From Calditrichales bacterium (GTDB lineage: Bacteria; Calditrichota; Calditrichia; Calditrichales; J004), in assembly GCA_965267575.1 (NCBI GenBank), contig OZ254086.1, forward strand, positions 2,592,001-2,656,000: a stretch of DNA of 64,000 bases, read 5' to 3'. Positions within the stretch are counted from its first letter, which is position 1, and the number at the start of each line of letters is the position of its first letter. Under the pieces are notes generated by a model. It ran no database searches and was not told where the DNA came from. It saw only the letters and a program-made list of their open reading frames with translations. The translations under genes were made by a program, and so were the position numbers. Positions 38,641 through 46,470 of this stretch are shown here, piece by piece.

Positions 38641-41600
38641 ATGAAAAAACTGTTTGAACGGCGTACACTGATATCGATGTTTTTTTTGGGGTTGGCCTTG
38701 CTGGGTATCATCTCCTACCGCCATTTGCCGATGGAGTTGCTGCCTTCCGTGGAAGCGCCGTTTCTGATTATCCAGGTGGGCAGTGTCCGCGATGCCGATC
38801 CCTACTACCTGGAACGTGAAGCGATTATCCCGCTTGAAGGGGCCGCCGCCGGTCTGGAAAATGTTGAAAAGATCGAATCCTGGGCCGGACGCAACCGCGG
38901 GACGATCTACGTTTATTTTCCTTCGCGCACGGATATGACATACGCCTACCTCAAGCTGCAGGAACGGGTCAACGCCGTGAAGGCGGACCTGGAAGGTGAC
39001 TTTTTTGTGGAGACGCTAAAGGTCGACACGCAGGCGCTTTCCAACATGTTCATGAACCTGCAGGTGCGTGGCAGCGGCGGGACAGACCGCATCCGCAACA
39101 TCATCGATAAATCCATTACGCCCGAGCTGGAAACGGTTGACGGCATTGCCCACGTGGAGGTCTTTGGCGGCCGCTCGCGCTCGGTCAGCGTGGTGCTGGA
39201 TGAGGGTGTAACCGAATCGTACGGGATTACGCCGTCGGATGTGCGCCGGGCCATTGCCGGGCAGCGCCAGCAAAGCCAGTACGTTGGCAACGTGCGCGAT
39301 CGCCAGCTAAAAGCCAGCGTACACGTTGTAGCCGATTATACCACGATCAGCGCGCTGGAAAATATTGTCGTTGATGAGGTGCGCGGCCTGCGTCTGCGTG
39401 ATGTGGCCGACGTTTACATGGATGTGATGGAGGAGCAATCGCTCAGCCGTGTAAACGGTAAGGAAGCCGTTACCATGCAAATCGTGCGCGATACGCAAAC
39501 CAACCTGATCGCGCTGGCCGGCGACACCCGCGAAGTCATTGATCGTCTTAACCGCGAGCTGGCCTGGCAGGATATCGAAATCGTCATCGAACAGGACATG
39601 TCGGCCTATCTTGAGGAAAATCTCGATCTGATCCTGAACCTGGCCATAACCGGCGGCATCCTCGCCGTGCTGATCCTGTGGTACTTCCTGCGCAACCTGC
39701 GGCTCGTAACAATGATCGCGCTGGCTCTTCCGCTCTCCGTTTTTACCGCCTTCAACCTCTTTTACGCGCTGGGCATAAGTCTCAACACGCTCTCGCTGGC
39801 GGGTATGGCGCTGGCCATTGGCATGTTGCTGGATAACAGCGTCGTGGTGCTGGAAAACATCTACCGTGTGGCCCAGCGCCAAAAGGATGTCGCCCAGGCC
39901 GTGGTAACGGGAGTTAAGCAGATTGCCCGCTCGGTGAGCGCCGCCACGCTGACAACCGTCGCCGTTTTCCTGCCCTTTGTATTTGCCGAACAGTTTTTCA
40001 TCCGGGTTATCGGATATCAGATCGGCATGTCGATCATCAGCACGCTGCTGGTTTCACTGGTGGTGGCCTTGCTGCTTATCCCGATGGCGGCCCTTTACTT
40101 TATGCGCCGCGCCGGTGGCAGCAGCCGTTCGCTGCGCTTTTCGCTCACGTCAGGCCGCTTTCTGCCTTTTTACAATCTGCTGCTAAAAAGTACGCTGCGT
40201 TTTCCCATGCGCACCATTCTCAGTATGCTGGCGCTCTTTTTTATCTCGCTGTTCATCTCGATTGCAATCAGCCTGATTGTGCCCGATGAGGTGGAACTGG
40301 AGCAATTTAATCTTTACCTGACCATGCCGCCGGGAGCCACGCTGGAAATCACCGACCTGGCCGCCCGCGATCTGGAAGAGAGTCTGATGAAGATCGAAGA
40401 GCTGCAGGATGTGGTGAGCCAGGTGTATGAGCAGGAAGCCGTTTTCACGCTTAAGCTGAAGGAAGAATACCGGACCGTTGCCCGCCGTGATGTGGCCGGT
40501 GTGAAGGATTTAATCCAACATATTATCTGGGATTTCCGCATCGGCGATGTCAGTTTTACGGCGCCTGCCGGCAGCCAGCGTTTCCGTGGCGGCGGTTCCC
40601 GCGGAGGCGGCGGACCGGAGATGGACAACGGCCTTATGTCGATGCTGGGCCTGGGTGACAATGTCGGCACCATCACACTGAGCGGCAGCGACTACGATGC
40701 CATGCACCGCTTTGCCGAAGAGCTGGAAGATCAGCTCTGGGACCTCAACGCTATCCGTCGCGTGGCCCACGATGCCACCGACAACCGCCCGGAAGTGCAG
40801 CTCTATTTTGACCGTCTGCTGCTGGCGCGTCTCGGCATAAGCCTGAACAATATCGCCACCGAGCTGGCCTCCTTTGAGTCGGAAGTGAGCAGCGGTGTCT
40901 CCTTTTCCGACGGCGAAGAGCAGTATGACATCACCATCATCAAGAGCAATCCAGAAGAGGAGAAACGCATTGATGATTTGCGCGCGCTTAACATAAAGGC
41001 CGCCGATGGCAGCAGTTACCCGCTGGAAAGACTGGCCGCCCCCGTTATGGGTGAAGGCCGCGCCGGCATCAACCGTGTTAACCAGGAGCGGCGCATCGAG
41101 CTGAGCTTTCAGTTTGTCACGGAAGTCAACAGCTCCAGCGCCTTGCTGGATGCCGCGCGCCTGGAAGTGGAGCAAATCGTCGATGCCATGCCGCTGCCCG
41201 AAGGCGTTAACCTTACCATACAGCACGATAAAAACGATCTCAATGATTTCTATTTTCTCTTTTTCCTGGCTTTCCTGCTGATCTACATGATCCTGGCTTC
41301 CACCTTCGAATCGTTGCTGCAGCCGTTTATCATCATGTTTACGATTCCTTTGGCGGCCATCGGCGGTTTGTGGGCTATCGTTATCACCGGCCACAGCCTG
41401 ATGAATGTCAACGCGCTGATCGGTTTTTTGATATTGCTGGGCATTGTGGTCAACAACGGCATCATTTTTATCGATTACGCGGGCCAGTTGCGGCGCAAGG
41501 GTCAGCGCCGCGAACGCGCGTTGCTGGAAGCGGGCCAGGCACGCCTGCGGCCGATCGTCATAACCGCGTTAACCACCATTGCCGCCATGCTGCCTCTGGC

Positions 41601-43293
41601 CCTGGGCCGTGAAGAGTACGTGACGCGCATTGCCTCGCCTTTTGCAATCGCGGTCATTGGCGGACTGGCATTTGCCACCTTTTTTACACTTTTGTTTATA
41701 CCAACGGTGTACCAGGCGCTGGAGCAGACGCTGAGCTGGTTCAAGGGTCTGCGCTGGCCGCTGAAGGCGCTGCAGATCGGCGCGGTGGCGATCACAGGCA
41801 TATTGATTGCTGTTTACGTGGAAAGCCTGCTCTGGCAAATGCTCGATTTTACGCTGGTGCTGATGGCTATTCCCGGTTTAACCTGGTTTGCCCAAACCAG
41901 TCTGCGCCGTGCCCGTCCGGACTGGGCAACAGATCGCATCCGCATTGAGATACACAATGTCTACAAGCTTTACGATCTGCCCGGCCGCTTTTTGCGCGAA
42001 TGGCGACGTAAACGCGGACTGGAAGAGGAAACGACCAGCGAAGGCAGGGGTCTTTTCTGGCGCCGGCATGCGCTGCTTTGGCTGGCCCTTGCCGGCTGGG
42101 CCTGGTTCGTGCTGCTCTACCTGGAAAGCGCTTTTTGGACCTTTTTCTTCCTGCCGGTGCTGCATGCTCTGCTCTGGAAAACATGGAACACGCTGCCGCA
42201 ATTTAGAGGTCGGCGCTTTTTGGATCGCCTCATCTTTTGGGCTGTTCCGCTGGTCCTGCTGCTCTATTATATGTTTACATTTGAAGCATGGGTGTCCGGC
42301 GGACTGCTTTTTGTTCTATGGACGCTGGGTCTGGCCTGGGGCCGCAGTGCGCCCATTGCCGTGCAGCGTCTGGATCACTGGCAGCAAAAAAGCACGCGTC
42401 TGGCTTTCCTGATGCGCGGCTGGTACAGGCTTATCGGCAAGCTGCCCGGATCGGGGCGTTACCGCAAACCGTTTATGGCGCTAAAGGGTGTAACATTGGA
42501 AATCGGCAACGGCATGTTTGGTTTGCTTGGTCCCAACGGCGCCGGCAAAACCACGCTTATGCGCATCATCAGCGGCGTGCTGGAAGCAAGCTACGGGGCG
42601 GTGCGCATCAATGGCCACGATACCAGGCAATGGCGCGAGGAACTGCAGGGATTGATCGGCTACCTGCCGCAGGACTTTGGCATGTACGAGAATCTTTCGG
42701 CGCTGGAGTTTTTGAATTACCAGGCTATTCTTAAAGGTCTTTATGATGAGAAAGAGCGTCGCAAGCGCGTGGAATATGTGATCAACGCTGTGCACCTGTG
42801 GGAGCGGCGCGACGAAAAGATCTCCGGTTTCTCCGGCGGGATGAAACAGCGCATCGGTATTGCCCAGACCCTGCTGCACCTGCCACGCATCCTTGTGGTG
42901 GATGAGCCGACGGCCGGTCTGGACCCGCGCGAGCGTATCCGTTTCCGCAATTTGCTGGTGGAACTGAGCCGTGACCGGGCCGTTATCTTTTCCACGCACG
43001 TTATTGAAGATATCGCCAGCTCCTGCGACAAGGTGGCGGTGATGCACCGCGGTGAGTTGCGCTACCTGGGCCATCCCGAAGAGATGACGGCCAAGGCCGG
43101 GGGACACGTTTGGCAGGCCACCGTCAGCGAAGAGCATTTCGAAACGATTCGCAATACGCTTCACGTAATCCATCATATCCGCGTGGATGATGGCGTCCGC
43201 GTGCGTATTCTGCAGCAGGAAAAACCGCTGGAGCAGGCCATCGAAGTGGCACCCTCATTGGAAGATGCTTACCTCTGGCTGCTGAAGGTGTAG
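38641..43293 (+). CDS. RND permease fused to extra TM helices and an ABC ATPase domain
   Basis: RND motifs GMLLDNSVVV, FESLLQPF, RLRPIVIT in the first ~1030 aa; then GPNGAGKTT, FSGGMKQR, VVDEPT, FSTH in one continuous ORF. Confidence 0.9.
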   Translation: MKKLFERRTLISMFFLGLALLGIISYRHLPMELLPSVEAPFLIIQVGSVRDADPYYLEREAIIPLEGAAAGLENVEKIESWAGRNRGTIYVYFPSRTDMTYAYLKLQERVNAVKADLEGDFFVETLKVDTQALSNMFMNLQVRGSGGTDRIRNIIDKSITPELETVDGIAHVEVFGGRSRSVSVVLDEGVTESYGITPSDVRRAIAGQRQQSQYVGNVRDRQLKASVHVVADYTTISALENIVVDEVRGLRLRDVADVYMDVMEEQSLSRVNGKEAVTMQIVRDTQTNLIALAGDTREVIDRLNRELAWQDIEIVIEQDMSAYLEENLDLILNLAITGGILAVLILWYFLRNLRLVTMIALALPLSVFTAFNLFYALGISLNTLSLAGMALAIGMLLDNSVVVLENIYRVAQRQKDVAQAVVTGVKQIARSVSAATLTTVAVFLPFVFAEQFFIRVIGYQIGMSIISTLLVSLVVALLLIPMAALYFMRRAGGSSRSLRFSLTSGRFLPFYNLLLKSTLRFPMRTILSMLALFFISLFISIAISLIVPDEVELEQFNLYLTMPPGATLEITDLAARDLEESLMKIEELQDVVSQVYEQEAVFTLKLKEEYRTVARRDVAGVKDLIQHIIWDFRIGDVSFTAPAGSQRFRGGGSRGGGGPEMDNGLMSMLGLGDNVGTITLSGSDYDAMHRFAEELEDQLWDLNAIRRVAHDATDNRPEVQLYFDRLLLARLGISLNNIATELASFESEVSSGVSFSDGEEQYDITIIKSNPEEEKRIDDLRALNIKAADGSSYPLERLAAPVMGEGRAGINRVNQERRIELSFQFVTEVNSSSALLDAARLEVEQIVDAMPLPEGVNLTIQHDKNDLNDFYFLFFLAFLLIYMILASTFESLLQPFIIMFTIPLAAIGGLWAIVITGHSLMNVNALIGFLILLGIVVNNGIIFIDYAGQLRRKGQRRERALLEAGQARLRPIVITALTTIAAMLPLALGREEYVTRIASPFAIAVIGGLAFATFFTLLFIPTVYQALEQTLSWFKGLRWPLKALQIGAVAITGILIAVYVESLLWQMLDFTLVLMAIPGLTWFAQTSLRRARPDWATDRIRIEIHNVYKLYDLPGRFLREWRRKRGLEEETTSEGRGLFWRRHALLWLALAGWAWFVLLYLESAFWTFFFLPVLHALLWKTWNTLPQFRGRRFLDRLIFWAVPLVLLLYYMFTFEAWVSGGLLFVLWTLGLAWGRSAPIAVQRLDHWQQKSTRLAFLMRGWYRLIGKLPGSGRYRKPFMALKGVTLEIGNGMFGLLGPNGAGKTTLMRIISGVLEASYGAVRINGHDTRQWREELQGLIGYLPQDFGMYENLSALEFLNYQAILKGLYDEKERRKRVEYVINAVHLWERRDEKISGFSGGMKQRIGIAQTLLHLPRILVVDEPTAGLDPRERIRFRNLLVELSRDRAVIFSTHVIEDIASSCDKVAVMHRGELRYLGHPEEMTAKAGGHVWQATVSEEHFETIRNTLHVIHHIRVDDGVRVRILQQEKPLEQAIEVAPSLEDAYLWLLKV

Positions 43294-43346
43294 AAAAACA
43301 ACGGGGGCTGAAAGCGGATGGTGAATTTGAAAAAGGTGAAACGGTA

Positions 43347-44051
43347 ATGAAACTAATCCGGCTGATCATTGATATAGTCCGCTACAATCTGAAGATAATT
43401 TTTGCCAACAAGTTTATTTATTTCATGCTGGCGGGTTTGGCGTTTTATCTGCTCATCGCGCTGGTCGGGCTGTTTGACGCGGAGTTTTTCCCTGAAACGG
43501 AGGATGTCTATTACACGCTGATGATGCCAGGCATACTGTTAATTTTCTATCCCACGGCTTTTGGTATCCAAAACGACAGTGACAGCCGCATGCTGGAGAT
43601 GTTGTTTGGTATTCCCGATTACCGCTACAAGGTCTGGCTGGTGCGCCTGCTGATCATAGTGGGTGTTGTTTTTATTATGCTTCTGATTCTTGCCGGGGCC
43701 AGCGTCTACCTTATCGTTCCAGTTGATGTAATGGAAATGACCGGACACGTTATTTTCCCGGTGATGTTTCTGGGCTGTCTCTCTTTTTTCATATCTACAC
43801 TGGTGCGCAACGGCAACGGCACCGCCGCGGTGATGGTGGCCATCGGCATGGGCTTTTGGATCTCCATTGCCTTTATCGAACACAGCCAGTGGAATATTTT
43901 CCTCAATCCTTATGACTTCCCGCGTGATGCGCTGATCACGGTTTGGGAAGATACGGTTCTGTACAACCGCATTTTTCTTGCAGCCATGTCTGTGCTCGCC
44001 GTTTTGGGCGGATTGTTGCGGTTGCAGAAACGGGAGAAGTTTGTGTCGTGA
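43347..44051 (+). CDS. ABC-2 type permease subunit
   Basis: Six hydrophobic segments, coupling-helix-like DSDSRMLEMLFGIP, last gene of the transporter operon. Confidence 0.75.
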   Translation: MKLIRLIIDIVRYNLKIIFANKFIYFMLAGLAFYLLIALVGLFDAEFFPETEDVYYTLMMPGILLIFYPTAFGIQNDSDSRMLEMLFGIPDYRYKVWLVRLLIIVGVVFIMLLILAGASVYLIVPVDVMEMTGHVIFPVMFLGCLSFFISTLVRNGNGTAAVMVAIGMGFWISIAFIEHSQWNIFLNPYDFPRDALITVWEDTVLYNRIFLAAMSVLAVLGGLLRLQKREKFVS

Positions 44052-44070
44052 TGGTGGTGGTAGCGTTTGG

Positions 44071-44102
44071 AAGTCTTGAGGTCGTGAAGTCATGAAGTCA
44101 TG
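44071..44102 (+). repeat. Degenerate octamer tandem repeat
   Basis: AAGTCTTG AGGTCGTG AAGTCATG AAGTCATG. Confidence 0.6.
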
Positions 44103-44117
44103 ATGGATATGTGTCCT

Positions 44118-44200
44118 GTCATTCCTGCGCATGCAGGAATCCATCGTACCTTGTCTTTGTCCCGAACGTTGTGTGGCAATTCCGCCTTTGCTGGAATGAC
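44118..44200. repeat. Single REP-like doublet of the same family as 32241-32850
   Basis: GTCATTCCTGCGCATGCAGGAATCCA ... degenerate TGGCAATTCCGCCTTTGCTGGAATGAC. Confidence 0.8.
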
Positions 44201-44322
44201 TCTGCCCGGGATTGTGCTCGCAAAGTTTAATCCCGGACAATTACAATCGTGTCACCAATTTGAATATTTTGTTAAAAACGGTCGCTATATTACTTTAAAG
44301 TAAAACAACCAGCGAGGCCGCC

Positions 44323-45282
44323 ATGTTTATCAAAAAGCCCTCCGATGTAAAAAGCTCCGAGATCACCCGTGAAGAGGATTATTTTAACCGTCGCAAATTT
44401 ATGAAGTTTTCCGCGCTGGGAGCAGGTTCTGCTTTGTTAGGGCCTTATTCGCGTCTGCTGGCGTTTACACAATCGGAAAAAACCTCGCCTATAAAACAGG
44501 ATATTTCCAAGAGCCGCTTTAGCAGCGATGAGGAGCTGAACGACTGGGAAGACATCACCACCTATAACAATTTTTACGAATTCGGTACGGCAAAGGACGA
44601 TCCCTCCGAAAACGCGCACACGCTGCAAACCAAACCGTGGACCGTGGAGGTAAGCGGCGCATGCGCCAAGCCCGGCACCTTTGGCGTGGACGACCTGATC
44701 AAAGAGAGCGAGCTGGAAGAACGCATCTACCGCCTGCGCTGCGTTGAGGCCTGGAGCATGGTGATTCCCTGGGTGGGCGTGGAGCTTAAAAAAGTGCTGG
44801 ATCGTTTTGAACCCACGTCAAAAGCGAAGTTTGTGGAGTTCACTACTCTGTACGATCCCAAGCAGATGCCGGGACAGAAGTGGCCCGTTTTACAATGGCC
44901 CTATGTGGAAGGTTTGCGTATGGATGAAGCCAACCACCCGCTTTCGATTTTTGCTGTCGGGCTGTATGGCCGCATTCTGCCCAACCAAAACGGCGCCCCG
45001 ATTCGTCTGGTCGTCCCCTGGAAATACGGTTTTAAAAGCATTAAATCGATTGTGAAAATCCGCTTTACGGAAAAGATGCCTGCCACCACCTGGAATATTG
45101 CCGCGCCCAACGAGTACGGATTCTATGCCAACGTCAACCCCAACGTGGACCACCCGCGCTGGAGCCAGGCCCGTGAGCGCCGCCTGGGAGAATTCTTTAA
45201 ACGCGACACGATTATGTTTAACGGTTACGGCGAGCAGGTGGCCGGTTTGTACAAGGGCATGGATTTAAAGAAATGGTTTTAA
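44323..45282 (+). CDS. msrP: Protein-methionine-sulfoxide reductase catalytic subunit
   Basis: SEIT, Tat motif [48 protein letters not shown]. Confidence 0.96.
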   Translation: MFIKKPSDVKSSEITREEDYFNRRKFMKFSALGAGSALLGPYSRLLAFTQSEKTSPIKQDISKSRFSSDEELNDWEDITTYNNFYEFGTAKDDPSENAHTLQTKPWTVEVSGACAKPGTFGVDDLIKESELEERIYRLRCVEAWSMVIPWVGVELKKVLDRFEPTSKAKFVEFTTLYDPKQMPGQKWPVLQWPYVEGLRMDEANHPLSIFAVGLYGRILPNQNGAPIRLVVPWKYGFKSIKSIVKIRFTEKMPATTWNIAAPNEYGFYANVNPNVDHPRWSQARERRLGEFFKRDTIMFNGYGEQVAGLYKGMDLKKWF

Positions 45283-45285
45283 ACA

Positions 45286-45325
45286 TTGTGCTAGCGTGTT
45301 ATGGTGTTTGCGTGTTAAAGTGCTA
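45286..45325 (+). repeat. Degenerate octamer tandem repeat
   Basis: TTGTGCTA GCGTGTTA TGGTGTTT GCGTGTTA AAGTGCTA. Confidence 0.55.
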
Positions 45326-45368
45326 AACCAAATCTCAACTCAATAAAATTCTTAATCAAGAAACCCCA

Positions 45369-45962
45369 ATGAAAACCGCCAAGACTCTTCTTTTTCTCTC
45401 CTCGCTGGGACCGCTCTTCTACCTGCTGTGGGGCGTTTTTACCGATAATCTCGGCGCGAATCCCATAGAAAATATACTGCATACCACCGGCTGGTGGGCG
45501 CTGTTTTTTCTGATTATCACCCTGGTTATTACACCCTTGAGAAAAATCAGCGGCTGGAATAAGCTGATCCGTTTCCGGCGCATGCTGGGCCTGTTTGGAT
45601 TTTTCTACGCCACGCTGCACTTTGGCGTTTACTTGGGACTGGACCGTCTGCTGGAGTGGAGCGAGATCGTGAAGGATTTGTCCAAACGGCCCTACATTAC
45701 CGTGGGTTTTACGGCCTGGCTGTTGTTGATCCCGCTGGCCATTACCTCCACCAAAGGATGGATACGGCGGTTGGGCAAACGTTGGCAAAAGCTGCACCGG
45801 ATTGTCTACATCAGCGCCCTGGGCGGGGTTGTGCATTTCTGGTGGCTGGTAAAAGCGGATATCTTTGAGCCGCTGCTGTTTGGCCTGGCCTGGGCTGTGC
45901 TTATGCTGGCGCGGCTGTGGTTTAAACGCAGCCGGAAGCGGAAGGAGAAGGTGGCGGTTTGA
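45369..45962 (+). CDS. msrQ: MsrQ heme-binding membrane subunit
   Basis: LGANP, HTTG, RRMLGL, LHF, LAITS, WQKLHRIVY. Confidence 0.95.
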   Translation: MKTAKTLLFLSSLGPLFYLLWGVFTDNLGANPIENILHTTGWWALFFLIITLVITPLRKISGWNKLIRFRRMLGLFGFFYATLHFGVYLGLDRLLEWSEIVKDLSKRPYITVGFTAWLLLIPLAITSTKGWIRRLGKRWQKLHRIVYISALGGVVHFWWLVKADIFEPLLFGLAWAVLMLARLWFKRSRKRKEKVAV

Positions 45963-46296
45963 ATTTTATAGCAAGAAAGAAGGAGTATGCAAAAACGCAA
46001 CGTCATTGAATCTGTGAAAAATAATTTCCTTAAGTATAAAGCAATTGTAAGAAACAAATCCATAGATTTGCGCGCCGCAAGGGAGAAGGTGCGCAGTATA
46101 ATAGCTGAAAAATATAAAGGCAAAAGGTAAAAGACTTTGGTGATGCGGTCCTGGCGGCAGCGTCACTTTCAACTAATCCCCAATTTATACATTTGATAAA
46201 AAATTATCACGGCAGCTGAAGTCTATAAAATGCAGTCACTGCTTGCTGTCTTGATGTCTTTTTGCGGTGCATGCTGTGCGGCTCGCAATATACATA

Positions 46297-46453
46297 AAAC
46301 CGATAAATCGGTTCGCTGGTCCGCAACCATCCGGCAAACCCCATGACTGAAGTCATGGGTTAAAAAATGCAGTATCAATAAAACCGTTAACCGACTACTT
46401 AAAAATCGTGGGCAGAAAAACACGGAAGATTAAGAGAACCGATTCATCAGTTT
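46297..46453. repeat. REPIN/MITE-like nested palindrome element, copy 1
   Basis: AAACCGATAAATCGGTT ... CCCATGACTGAAGTCATGGGTTAA ... degenerate inverted partners TTAACCGACTACTTAAAAATCGTGGG and AACCGATTCATCAGTTT. Confidence 0.7.
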
Positions 46454-46470
46454 TCCTGCTCGATAGCACC

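Noticed and set aside
41700..42480. RND-ABC fusion as a missed stop codon or assembly artefact
   Set aside because: The linker is a long coherent TM region, and the first NBD strand lies upstream of the insertion, so no independent ATPase start fits; read-level confirmation is still desirable
45963..46296. Small gene or ncRNA downstream of msrQ
   Set aside because: Only short ORFs without RBS and two isolated hairpins (about 46070-46094 and 46140-46166); insufficient support
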